A DNA stretch of 62,384 nt, filler included, from Sphacelaria rigidula (lineage: Eukaryota): NCBI GenBank assembly GCA_964200075.2. It is 8 parts of 8 records of this genome, joined end to end, with 100 filler letters (N's around TTAATTAATTAA, not from the genome) between each part and the next. Parts side by side here need not be neighbours in the genome. Positions count along the whole stretch, not along the records: positions 7,812 to 15,522 come from CAXNAA020013712.1; positions 15,623 to 23,333 come from CAXNAA020013713.1; 6 more parts are not named here. One strand, given 5' to 3'. The position numbers were made by a program, and so were the translations under genes. Below, piece after piece: positions 10,780 to 23,214 of this stretch (within the stretch, counting starts at the first letter, position 1; each line of letters begins with the position of its first letter). Below the pieces are notes generated by a model that was not told the DNA's origin, searched no databases, and was given only the letters and a program-made list of their open reading frames with translations.

Positions 10780-13700
10780 GTATTGATCACTTGCTGCCGG
10801 GTGGAAGAGGTGCAGGGGGAAGAGAGGGGGAGGAGGCTGAGGAGCTCAAGGCCGCCTGTTTCATGAGCCTGGTGTCCTACCTCGCCTCTGCCCCTGAGGT
10901 GCTGCGGGTGTCGCCTCTTCACCAACCGAAGCTTCATAACGCTGTCGCAGCGTCGGTGATTCAGGCTGGTACTGACGACACCTCCCAGAAGCCGCTGACG
11001 GCGGCGGGCTTGGATGGCACGGGCGAGGTTATCCAGGTGAAGATTATTAGTAGGAAAGTTTAGGCACAGCTGGGTGGGGTTCAGAGGTGAGGGCCACATC
11101 TGTCAGCAGAGGTATCTGCTCGGTTTTCCGGCGGTGCCGAAGATTTATCCGCCCAGATGAACCGAACTGTGTCGTCGGGCAGTTTTTGCACGATATGCAC
11201 ACATCTTGATTTGTTGGTGTGTTATGTGTTGTCATCCTATCTATTCTGGACGCCAGTTTACACATTCCGGTACACGTGGACGTGTCAGCCGAGGTCACAC
11301 AGGTGAAAGGTCAACACAGGAGTTTTCCTACCTTTCTTGTTTTTTGTTTGTTTAGCAGCCCTACCTGCCTTATGTGGTGTTTGCATTTCTCTTTTTTATC
11401 GAGATATGACTTCAGCGGCCACATTCTCTTGTCGACCATGAAAATCGAACTCTGTGTACCCACGACATAGTTGCTCTCCACTGTTGAGAATGATGTGAGA
11501 GAACCTCCCAGAGGAATCCTCTACGCGTCGCAGTCAACGAAGTACTCCTCTAAGGGCCCTTGTTGACAGGGCTATTTTCTTCGAGAATTTTCCCGACTTT
11601 TTCGTGGAAACCCCCCCCTCCCCCGAAAATGCGACAGCCGATTTCTCAACCAGGTCAAGGGATAGAACTTAAGAGTGATTGCACATTACTCGGAAAACCT
11701 AGCATTGGATTATTTTCGGCGTTTTGGTTTCGGAAAGTCGAAACGTTTCCGGAAGAGTGGAAAACGTCTGGGAAAAAGCTCCTTGAATGAGGACCCTGAT
11801 ATACGCATTCGGGGATTTCTACTCCACTGGCATTATTGGACACGTCACAATCTAGTTTAATTCGTGTGCAATAACGAGATACTCTACTGGTGAAGATACG
11901 GTCGGCTATCCTACACCTCTACGTAAAGGTGTTGATGCCCCGCGAAGCTTTTCTTGCTTGTACAACGCTGAACGTGAGGTGATCCTCCCGCAGGCGAACA
12001 TTACAAACTGTGAGATTTGTCATTGTTTCAGTAACACAATGTATATCCTCCTCGGAAAAAAGTTGGCTCTACAAGTGTACCCCTACCGTAGAACCACTGT
12101 TCAGTCCTGTGGCAGGTTAGGGGTTTCCCCGGGTTACGGACACTTTTTCGGTTAAGGACAGCCCTACGGTCTTGACTAAATGTATGCAGTATTACGGTGT
12201 ATTACGACAGTATTTAACTGCGCTGTTTATTTCACTGCGCAACATATTTCCAGCGGTATCTACATTTGATCAAGCAACAAGGGACAAACTGAAACTATAT
12301 TTTCGTTTGTTGTGGATTACCTGGCCGCTCAAGGCTTGGGGTTGTCGTGGACGTGACTGTACGGTGGTGCGCCACTCTGTGCCGAGTACCTCTAGGCGAA
12401 TTAGCATGTTACACGTTGCTTCACCCGCCGACAGATCGTTGATGCCGGGCTTGACGCAGCAAAACTATACTCTCTCGATGAGAGCGGCAGAGAAGCTCAA
12501 CGCGGCCACTTAACTTTTGTCTAACGTACGCCGCCGCACCCGCCGACAGATCGTGGACTCCGGGCTCGACGAAACACATTGTTACTTTGTCGATGAGGGC
12601 GGAGAAGAAGTTGAACACGGCTACTTGTTTGACGAAATCGGCGGCTATGGACCAAGTTCAAGCGAGATTGTTGCGATACAGTCCGGTGGCTACTTTCCAT
12701 CTGATCTCAGTCGCCGCAAGGTGAGGTATAGAGAGGACGCTGTTCGTATTCTCACAAATGCTACAAACTTTTCATACCACGCCAGCTGTACACGATGGGC
12801 AAACCTGCTCGAGATCATGGTGTAAAATATTCCCTGACACATGGAATTTAGCGAGGGACGCGACCTTCCGTTGTCGGATGGCCAGTATCTTCGTTTCGTT
12901 GTCGTACTATTGCCAGAGTCACTTCTGCACTTTGCTCCCCCACCTTTGGACGTGGGGTCGCTGTAGAGCGCGCTCTTCTCTAGATTTGCATAGTTGATTT
13001 TTTTCCATATGGGCGCTCAAAGTCAAACGGAAGCGAAGCACACGGGACTGGAATACCACCAGTACGTTGTCTAGGAAATGGGAGGAAGCGCCGTGTACGT
13101 TGAGTGTAGCTGGCACTTGAACTTTGGTTGATCAACCGAGCACGGGTTTGTCACTGGACATCGTGCCCCCCACCGCAGCTCCTCATCTGCTCTCCCCTCT
13201 CATGTACCGCCCTTCGGTGTTCGGCTCATATAGATCGTCCAGTACATCCGCTTACTCGCACCGGACTCCCCAGGAGATGCCTCCTACTTTTTCACGGGTA
13301 ACGGTGGGGGCCCTTACCCGTTGCTGCCGTCTTATGGTTTCGGCGAGGACACGGAGGACGGCCATGGTACACACACGGCTGGATCGGCAGCGGGCGCTCC
13401 CTTGAGTGACCCCGTTGTACCGGACACGTGCACGGGCACGGACGTTCTTGGTTGCATCGGAGGTTGTCTCGACTTAACCTATGCGGCAAGCCTCGTTGGG
13501 AACCTGCTGCCCGATTTCGACACATGGTGTCCGCAGTACGAGTGCGATGGTTACGGTGCCGATACCGAGCCGTGTCTCGACGCGGATGTCTCTGCTACGC
13601 TCACCGAGAATGCGGGGATGGCCCCGGGAGCAAAGTTGACCATTTTTGACGCGTCCAACGATGGCGAAAGTGTTTTGGCAACGCTTGCGTTAAACGGATT

Positions 13701-15368
13701 GTGGGAAGCAACCGAGGACACGGGTTGCATGCTGCATTCCAACTCTTGGGGAAGTGACAGCTATTGCACAATGACATTCGAGGGGACGCAGTATGACCAA
13801 TACATGTACGAGGTGAGTGATTTGTGTACGGCTGGACTAAAGCTCGCCCGTCCGAGGAAGTACCCGCCGTAGATTGTGCTCTCACTTCACCGCACAAAAT
13901 GTTACCGACAGTGTATCGAGTCATGTGTCTTGTTGTCTCTGGCAGAGTCGATAGTGACTACAGTAGCCGAGATGTGGTGGACCCCCAAAAGACTGGAATG
14001 TTTGTGATCGCCAATCAATTGGGCGTGACCAACTTCTAACATTGAGTCCAGATCGCTGTATTCAGCACCCACCGCTTCTTGAGACTCCCTTAAGACCATC
14101 CTCTCATGCGATATAGCGAGATCTCCAGGTGGGAAGTATGTGTATCACGGGGTAGGCAAGCATGCCTCCTGCAATCCGCGGTGCGCTTCGTGTGACCGGC
14201 CTTGCGACATGCCACCTTTTGTAATCGCCCTCTTGCTACACCGTCCACGCGTACTCCTGATTTTCTGTGACGGGCCCTCGCTTTTCTCACGGCAGAACCC
14301 CGAGCATCTACTGTTCTTTTCAGCTGGAAACGACGGCGAACAAAAATACAATACCAGTCGCAACAGCATATGCACCATTGGCAGCGTGGGACTCCCCAAA
14401 AACGTTTTGACGGTCGGGGCGTCCTCGTCGGGTACAACACGTCTCACCGGGACAGACCTGAACGGGGAGCCCTATGGATATGGCAGCACCACAGATGCCG
14501 CTGACATCGACACCGTAACTTATTTCAGTTCCTACGGTCTCACTGCAGACGACCGCGTCAAGCCTGACGTCGTGGCCCCTGGAGATCAAGTAAGTTGCTC
14601 ACCCTCCCCACTTTTCCCGTGCTAAGAATACGCATATTGCTCTTTCCACTCATTGAGATACGACTTGCATGTGTCAGCGTTTCCCACATGTCGAGTTGTG
14701 GAGTTCGCTTCGACAGTTTCATCAAATGTTGAGTATCTGCCCGAGTCTGCTGAACTCGCGGCACCCAGGGGTAAGGCGAATAGTTTCTCTACCGAGCTAT
14801 CGGGCACCGTCTGCGCTGAATCCGCCTAAAACGTAGGGGACCACCTCACCCCAGCAGCATTTCCTTATGCGTGCGCTCCATTTCGCCCATACAGGTGCTA
14901 TCTGCTGGAAGTGATGGAACCGACGACCAATCCTGCCAACTGTATGCTACTCAGGGCACGTCCATGTCCTGCCCCGTCGTGGCCGGAGCCGCAGCAATGG
15001 TAACATTTGTCACTTTGACGTGCTCGTTCTCTCTTGTGAAGGTCACGTCTTGCTGACGAGCACAGCGGAGCACTCGATATGCTGTGTGTCGCCCTGTCTC
15101 AGTAGTGCAATCAGCGTTATGCGAATACAGTCTACGGTAGCCGAAAGGCTGCGGCAATGCATGTGCCCGGAGCTCGTCAGCCGCTTCGTTTCGAAAACGT
15201 CCCACCTCCCTTTCGGCGCACGGCTTGAATCCAAACCCCGACGAACAGATAAGGCAGTACTTCAAGGACGAGACCTTCTACGTGAACGATTTGAATTCTC
15301 GGGGGCTCTGCGGTGCCTCGACTGCTTTCGCTTGTGAAGCGTTTGCACCCTATGCAGCCACGGTCAAG
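10780..15368 (+). CDS. Subtilisin-like serine peptidase (S8, Kp43/TagC-like), partial; exons 10780-11036, 12550-12720, 13234-13812, 14296-14589, 14895-14999, 15249-15368
   Basis: GT-AG splice sites join in frame. Catalytic motifs are intact: GLDGTGEVIQ|IVDSGLD (Asp), GHGTHTAGSAAG (His), HSNSWG, FSAGN (oxyanion Asn), KNVLTVGA, RVKPDVVAPG, GTSMSCPVVAGAAAM|IRQYF (Ser). The 5' and 3' exons are missing. Confidence 0.93.
11215..11510 (-). mobile_element. SINE family 1 copy in a subtilase intron
   Basis: Collinear similarity to 18555-18840 (tattctggacgcc, ggtcacacagg, gtcgaccat, gtacccacgaca, tgtgagag). Confidence 0.7.
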
Positions 15369-15622
15369 GTCAGAGGAATATTCCATATGTAGAACAGAAC
15401 ATTTTGTGATTTTGTTTTATTTGGTTGTCGCACTTCAACTGCCCCCCCCCCCGGGGATCCAATAAAATATAAGCAACTCATTGTAGGCTGTCATCCGAAT
15501 GCAAGATAATCAGCAGGCTTTGNNNNNNNNNNNNNNNNNNNNNNNNNNNNNNNNNNNNNNNNNNNNTTAATTAATTAANNNNNNNNNNNNNNNNNNNNNN
15601 NNNNNNNNNNNNNNNNNNNNNN

Positions 15623-15688
15623 CTTAAAGCGAATGATCAAAGCCACTCTCAATCGTATCATCTACTCTCAATCTCACGAAAACACTGT
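15623..15688. mobile_element. Right end/TIR of the TA-flanked MITE, cut by the contig start
   Basis: aagcgaatgatcaaagc.cactctcaatcgtatcatctactctcaatctcacgaaaacactgt matches 17036-17096. Confidence 0.8.
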
Positions 15689-15696
15689 TGTTGTAG

Positions 15697-15849
15697 GTGC
15701 TGAACACGGTCGTGAACCTTCATGTGGGTTCGCCTGACGCCCACTACGATGTCTCCAGACAGAACATCGTGTACCGATTGGTGGAGATCGACGGCCAGGA
15801 CTATCCGCGGGCGTTCCTGATCGACTTCGGAAGCGCCAAACTCCGCAAC
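15697..15849 (+). CDS. Protein-kinase-fold exon (catalytic loop and DFG), atypical
   Basis: tgtag| acceptor and |gtgagg donor, 153 bp, phase 0. Encodes HYDVSRQNIV (HxDxxxxN) and AFLIDFGSAK. Confidence 0.72.
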
Positions 15850-16228
15850 GTGAGGCTGCCAAGCACCATCACTCTGTGTGTGCGAGCACTTGAATCGCTT
15901 GTGTTATCATGAAATGGAAATTAGTCCCCATTGATGTTTTCAAAGGCGCTCAAGGTACGGAAAGGTACAAGCTTGGCGTTCTGGGCTATCGATACCCCGG
16001 GTACTTCGAAATACCGAGTTTCTGCTATTCAATAGGCTGGGTACCGTTCAAAAAAGCACTGGGTGTCTTTTTAACACGTGATGCACCGGGAACTTTGCTC
16101 GGCCGTTGGTACCCTGAATACTTGCAGTGGTACAGGTGCGAGACCAGGTGTTTCTCGAGGCGGGTATCCGGGGGTTTTCCCCGAGGTACTCGGTATTTCC
16201 GGCGGGCGGTAGATAAATACCCTATGTA

Positions 16229-16257
16229 CCCTAACCCTAACCCTAACCCTAACCCTA
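16229..16257 (+). repeat. Interstitial telomere-like (CCCTAA)4+
   Basis: Read directly from the sequence. Confidence 0.9.
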
Positions 16258-16796
16258 CCGGTATATCTGGGATGAAACTCGCATCATAGTACTTGGGGGT
16301 ATCCTTTTTGAGCATCAGCGAGATTTTTCAGGACCTGATGCACGATGAAAATACCGCCTGATCGATGTATCGAGCCAGACTAGGTCGATGGATCCACGCG
16401 TGCAAGTTGTTGGGTGATGATGTCACGTTCGTTGGTCCTCTTTCGCGGCTCACCTCGAACCATTTTTTCGCATGTAGCCACTTTCGTTGAGTATTGTCGA
16501 CAAACGCTTGTCGTTTTGTTTCGGCCCTTATTCGCTAAACTAAAGCTTGTTGTGGAGGATGACTCAACACCGCCGTGCCTCCCTCACATAGAAATGTAGT
16601 TCAGTCAATCGCGGCTGCATGGCAGGTACGTTTGGATGAGAGACATCACATATATCGACATCGTATACTATATGCGTTGATATGCAAGACTCACCCATAC
16701 CCCAGACTTGATGCATCTTGTGCGTTATTGTCATACATGGAGATATTTCCATGCACAAAGATATATTACATGAAGCCGACGCTGGCACTTGATATA

Positions 16797-17096
16797 ACAA
16801 TGTTTTCGTGAGATTGAGAGTAGAGGATACGATTGAGAGTGAAGAGCAGTCAGTTAGTGACTGAATAGTTTCAGTTCCGAAATGCACCTCCGTGAGGCCC
16901 GATATGCTTTAGTTAGTAGCTCGCCACTGAGGCCCTTGATATTCCTGAGTAGGATGTCGACGTGTAGCTATGTAATCACACGCTAGTGATGGAGGCAAAG
17001 AAAAGCACACACGGAATGAAAAATTGGCTAAGTTGAAGCGAATGATCAAAGCCACTCTCAATCAGCATTCTACTCCCAATCTCACGAAAACGTTGT
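16797..17096. mobile_element. 300-bp MITE with ~45-bp TIRs and TA duplication (Tc1/mariner-like)
   Basis: TA-acaatgttttcgtgagattgagagtagagg.tacgattgagagtg...cactctcaatcagcattctactcccaatctcacgaaaacgttgt-TA. Homologues at 285-552 and 15623-15688. Confidence 0.85.
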
Positions 17097-17173
17097 TATA
17101 TGTATTCCTCGCGACCTCACAAAACTTCCCTTTTTTGTTGATTTGTTTACCGACCTCGCTGTGTGATTTGTAG

Positions 17174-18482
17174 AGCTGGTGCGAAAGCACGCGCAGCGGC
17201 GACCGCAAGGTCACATCAGAGCGCCTGAGCTCCAGAACGGGCCGGATTGCGGAGGGAAGCGGTGCGGCTGCCGCGCAGGTTGGGTTCGAGATGGGAGCAT
17301 CGAGCAACGGGGTGGTTCCCGCCGCCTCCCCTGAGGTGCTTGGAGGACGCGGAAGCACGGCTGGGTCGGGTGGTGGTGCAGCCGTCTCTCCCGCGGCGGC
17401 GTCTGCTGGTCGCGTTTTTGGGCCTTCGAGAGGTCCCGACGCTGCCCACCCCGACGGTGTCGCTCACAGGCTGTCGGTGCCAAGCGGCGGGGTTGATTCA
17501 GGTGGTGTCGATGCGGCCGAGGCAGGGACAGCCTCAGAGGCTCCTGTGGAGGAGCTGTCCCCGGTCCATGGTAGCAGCGACAACGATACCGCCAGAGGGG
17601 AGACAGTGTCTCAGAGTCGGCCGGAGAAGAGGCGTGTATCGACGGCAGAAGGCCACAATCCCCCCAGCTTGAAGCGGGGAAGAGACAAAGACGGCCCCGT
17701 GCGGAGGCAGGCGAGGAAGGCAACGGTGCTACGGAGGTGGGCAGTGGGACAATGTGGGGCACCGTCACCACCACCACCATCATCATCTTCATCATCGAGG
17801 GAGGGAGTGTCGCGGGCGGGGACGGCCGTAGCGGTTGTACAGACGGGAGCACCAGTAACTGGGAGACAGGTGCGTACTCAACTTGGTCCCGAATGTTGTT
17901 CGTGAGCGCTTGATATTTACGGCGTCGCGTTTTGCGTTGTGCATGTGATCATTTTCTCTCAGTTCCTTCCATCGTCAGGCGTCAGGCGTCGGGCGTCGGG
18001 CGTCGCCTGCCTGCGCGTCATGTTGTTGCGTGTTGGCGTGTCACCGAGGGTATCTGGAGGTTCGGCGAGAATATGAGGCGGATGCAGTACATGGTGCAGC
18101 ACATTGCCTGGGCGATCGATTCCAGAGTCCCCTCTAACTTGTAGTCCCTTGCGATCGAACGGCGTGTTGCCCAGATTCTGCTGCTGTTTTCAGTACCCCT
18201 TACATACCCGTCGCCCACCTGTTCCGTCTATGATCCGCGTTTGTTGTCAGGCAAGCGCTGGGAACCACGCAGATACTGCAGAGGTGCAGACCCGGAGCAA
18301 TGCAGCAGGAGGGGGCGAGGGGGGCGGGAGTGCAGGCAAGGGGCAGGCAGTGGGCAAGAGGACGGACGGCAGGCGAGCCGGGGGTGCGAGGGGCGAAGGA
18401 GGACGGAAGCGGGAGGGGACCGGATGTACAGGTGCCGCCCAGGGCCCTAAGCGAAGCAAGCGCCTGAGGGGTTTGCCGCCAT
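17174..18482 (+). CDS. Two Gly/Ala/Ser/Arg-rich low-complexity exons (17174-17869, 18251-18482), probably the C-terminal part of the kinase gene
   Basis: tttgtag|...cag|gtgcgt is 696 bp, phase 0, open. gtcag|...|gtgagt follows. Phases are compatible with the kinase exon. The second exon ends in the basic stretch KRSKRLRG. Confidence 0.55.
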
Positions 18483-18552
18483 GTGAGTTCCACTGTTCGA
18501 TAGCTTTCTGTTCGTTGACCACCTACGGAAATGTTTCGTAGGGAATAATGCG

Positions 18553-18917
18553 TGGGTGTTGTGTTGTCGTCCCATCTATTCTGGGCGCCGGTTTACCCCT
18601 TTCGGTATATGTGGGCGCACCAGCCGGGGTCACACAGGAGGAAGGCCAACACAGGAGGGCTTTTTTTTATTATTTGTTTCTAGTACCCCACCTTCCTTCT
18701 GCGGTGCTTGCCTTCATTTTTTATTGCGAGAAGGGTTTAGGAGTCCTTAATCCTCGTCGACCATTAAGTTGAATTTTGTGTACGTACCCACGACAGAGTT
18801 GTTATCCACTGTTGGGTATTGTGTGAGAAAAAATCCCTGATCGCTCCGAGAATTGAACCCACGACCCAACCGTCAGAAGGTTTCGAGGTTACCAACTGAG
18901 CCACCGGGGCGACCGGC
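18553..18917 (-). mobile_element. Full-length tRNA-derived SINE (family 1)
   Basis: Minus-strand head gccggtcgccccggTGGCTCAGTTGG (A box)...GGTTCAATTC (B box). Tail gatgggacgacaacacaac. Candidate TSD ggaataatgcg (18542-18552) / ggaatagtgcg (18922-18932). At least five other partial copies in the window. Confidence 0.85.
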
Positions 18918-21900
18918 TGTTGGAATAGTGCGATGGGCTTTCGAGTTGGCGCTTTCAACGTCACTATAAGAGAACTTTGCAAAACCATCTCATCGATGTG
19001 TTTGCTACGTGGTGAGGGTCGTGAGTTGGTGAAGTGTTGACAACGGGTTCCAGGGGTAATTTCCTCATGTGTATTGCCCATGAACGTGTTAAAGCTACAG
19101 GCTAGGCCGGCCAAGACGCGAATCTGTGGTTTGCAGACCCCGTCTCACCTCAATTGTTCGATTCCATCTTTGAAACTTGGTACGGAGTAAGAATAGCGCA
19201 CGGTAAAACGCCGTCGCTCGGGCTACACCGTATGTTTTACCCGTGAGTTAATGGCAATATTCAGTATCTGGATATCAGGAAAAAGTCGTCAATTCGCGAA
19301 TAAAAGGGTACGTCCCGGACGACAACGTTTCAGTATGCCCTATTCTTCCTCTAAACCAAATTTCGGAGTCTAACTCGCAAAATTGAGGTAAGACGGGGCG
19401 TGTAGGAACCCGGCCGGGCGAAATTTGGAGCAATATTTTCCAGGCCGTTTGCCGGCCCAGGTTTGGTACTTGTGCCTTGAATCTTTGTGTGGGACCTCGC
19501 TAGGCCGTAACCGATCAAAACAAATGGGAAAAGGTTCATATATATATATATATATTCACTTGCTTAGGACGCTTTAGTATAGTGAAGACCATATTTTCAC
19601 GAGAAGGCCCGTACCTCTCCATAACAAAATGAAGGGCCCATTTTTTTTTCTTCGGCATGCCTCTGCAAATTCTCCGTCACAAGAGTCAAATTGCAATTAA
19701 TACAATGGAGCTGAAAACCTGAGACGATGTCCGAGAGCATTGCCCATTTTCCCTTCAAACTCCCCTGAAAAAACAAAACAACCGAAGAAAAATGAAGAAA
19801 AACGAAAAACGATGATTTTTTTCTCCATTGTGCACTAGCGATTTTCCAAACGAAATTTCAAAGCACAACTCTCAAACACTGAGACGCAATATCCAGATTT
19901 TAGTGCATTTAGTGCCTCTGCTCGAAATACGTTGGGTTTAGTATAAAAACTCATGTGCGCCGTATTTTGAGACAGATACCGAATTAGGCAAAGTTAGAGG
20001 TATTGATCGTTTCCCTGTGCTCCAGGGAATGCCCACACCAGACATCGTCATCATCCGCTGTAAATATCGTTCGGGGTTCCATTTAGACTTGAGTATGCAC
20101 GCTATCTCTGTACGGTATAGGAGTTACTGGATATGGGATTTGCTCGACGAGAAAGAAAATTGCCCAGACTTCTGAACAAATGGGCACCTTCCCCATGATC
20201 AGACGATTTATACGATGCGCAGATCACGCCCCAACTCGTCCGTGTCAATGCGATATTGCTTTGAGAGCTCAAATCTGCGCCTAGGCCGGCCCAGCTCGTA
20301 TACCTCTGTTTCGTTGGCGGCGAGGACTTAAGGCAGATGTATTTTGTCCCATCATGCCATCATCGGTTTGGATTCTGTCGACATTCAAAACCCTTGAGTT
20401 GTGACCGGCGAGACGTACGTGGACATAGCCACCATTTCCCCATGTGTTCGTTTATTACTTTGGTCCCAGCGTTACGCACATTGTGCAGTGCCAATAGCCA
20501 CAGCCCTCACAGGTGGCGCTATACTTCAACGGTCCTCGAACGTGGTTTCCCGTTGTATTCATCTATTTCCTGTTGTGAAGTCGGCCAAAATGCCAAGACG
20601 TTTGAAAAATATGGCAAACTTTGACATCATGTTGCGAACTTTCCACCACTGCTTGCTATTCACTAAGAGTGCCTCAACCTGTCCTCTCGGCCTTTGAGTA
20701 GCAGTGGACCCATGTTTGTCGCTAGCCTTATGTGCATGCACTATATGGGACGGGCCGTGGCTGTCAAAAGCCGAGATGGCTCCTTCGAGCGAGGATCGGT
20801 GCCCAAACCCACGTTGCCTGCCCGTAACACGGATCAAGATACAAGACACCACACCATGTCCAGCCCACAAACCCACGATAGGCTGACTGCCGAATTCGCT
20901 GACGGCAGTGCGCGTGTAGGGAGCACAGTACACACCTTGTTTGACGGTGCGTGTGATGAGAGACTGCGGCGTGCACAGCAAAATATTTTGGTGGCTCGTG
21001 GCAAACGCGGAGACAGGGAGAGACTTACTGAGTCATCGCTCATTGCTCCCATGCGTCGTGCATAGCACACAAACTCCTACGTGATGTTGCGTTTCATAAT
21101 ATCTTATATATGTCTATATACATAGTGTATGGCTTCGTGGGGCGATGCGACGCGTTGCACTAGAAAGCTTTAAACCCTCAAATCTGACGTGGTTTAATTT
21201 TGTGTTTGCTGGCAGGCAGGCCACTGTCGAATGATGCAATAGCTTTACCCTTTGGACGGAGGAGTTGACTTGTGGCAAGGCTATTTGTTTAGTGTGACAA
21301 TCGTGTATTTTACTGTGCACCCCAAGTGTTGCTTGTGCTCGGGCCTTTTTTGTCGTTTTTTTCTATGGAGCCGTACAAAACGAGGCCACTGTGCAGGGGA
21401 TGGGAAGAGACCCTCCCGAGGGGGTCAACTGTGATCAGCGTCTTACCGCTCGATAACATGCGGCGTCATGCGGCGAGTTAACACACCCTTAATGTATATC
21501 ACGCAGCGTGTGCTTCCGCTTTCGCCGTGGTGGCCGTGCGTCTCATGGACTGGCTTTCGTTCAACATGCAGCTTGAGCAGTCCTGTGCAGGTGCTGACCA
21601 GGCAAAGAGCCCTCCCTGCCTCGTCTTGGATCCACCAAGGAGGAACCAGGCTACACACGCTTGCTCAGCGAACACCCAGAAAGTTACTGCAACGACGAAA
21701 TGAAACTGACGAGGACACACGAGACGTAGATTTACTGGGGCGAGGAAAGAAGAGGCGCTGCTGGCACCTAGGCAAAACAGATAAAAATATCGCGAAAATG
21801 TGAACAGAAACGAGAGAGATATGAGAGACGGGGCACCTTCAAAACGAGCACAACCGATCGAAAGTTATGGGGGGTCACATGAGACGGCGGGGAGGGGAAC

Positions 21901-23214
21901 ATGTTACAACGTGGGCGTAAAGGACCAAACTCGGTTTGTTCCTCGTCGCACGGGGAGACGCAGGTCATGTTGTAAGGGTGGACGGAAGTTTGTTGGGGAG
22001 AAAAATGGTTTGTGTTCAGCGGCTTGTATACCTTTTAGCAGGGCGAGGCGCGGGTGTTGGACTTGCTGCTACACGGCCGGAGAGCTATAGCAGCGTACAG
22101 GTCATGCCAGGAGTGTGCAGGGAGGGGGGCAATCACGGACGGCGGCATGCTGCAGCAGGTATGGCAGGAGAACTGGCTTGCAATCACGAGGCGGCGAAGT
22201 GGGGCGGGAGACGCGAAAGGTTCATTATCATGGCGGGGAACACGGAGGCTAGAGTTCGGAGAAAAGACCGGGATGAGCAGGAGCATTTTCCATGCTTGGC
22301 GACAGGTGCAAGGTGACCATTTCTCGTTGTGACTCTCTCCTTAATCCAGCAGCAGTCGTATTGAGAAAAAAATCAGCCTCGTGTTTCCTTCGATTGATGG
22401 TAGGCTTCGATGTACCGCACAGGATGGCTTCACCAAGAAGTACATGGGCCGTGCACCCCAACTCATCCCTTTCGCTTCAGGGAGGACCCTCAGCTTTGAG
22501 CACATCCGCTTGGAGATGACATCAAGACGGCTGCAGTGCAGCGCTATGACCCTCTTGTGGCTGCGGCGCACTGCTCCATGCCGAAAGGTAACCGTGTGTT
22601 TGGGCCACCATACACAGCTGGTTCACCTCGGCTCATGCCCAAGTAAGTGTTGATTCCAGGGATGGAAATGGTTCAGCTATCAGGCACGCACCTCTATCCA
22701 CCCTGATGCCCTGGATAATGTCCAGCCGCATGGCACACGTTTCCACTATCAAACTCACCTCCACATCATGAGCAACTCCATCCCAGAAAATTCGGAGTGG
22801 TGCGTGTACACGGACATTGATCGTTGTTCTCGGGGGTGATTCTTCCCTCTTGCTTTTTTTCTCGTTCATATTTTGTACCTGAAACTTCACGTCAATGCTC
22901 GAAGGAGTGGTGGAAAAATCTTTCTCAGCGAAATACGCAGCTGACCGAGATTATCTTGTCCAAGTTGGTCGAGATGTAGGGTAGGAGGGTATGCCCGACT
23001 GTGCGTCGGTACCGAGTAACTCCAAGTCAGAGACCCGACCAAGGACGGGGTTCAGCCGGAGTTGTTCCAGCACTTCTGTGGATATGTGTCTGAACTTCCA
23101 CGTCATAACTTGACCGCTATCCAGGGCACTTGGTGTCTGAGAATCAGTTCTGTTTCTGTCACCTTCTGGTGCCGGGTTGAAAAATATCCAGTGTCCCTCC
23201 TGGCGCCGAGGGGG

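Noticed and set aside
18840-18917. tRNA gene (also 52194-52270)
   Set aside because: A and B boxes are present, but there is no convincing cloverleaf and the sequence runs into a multi-copy SINE body.
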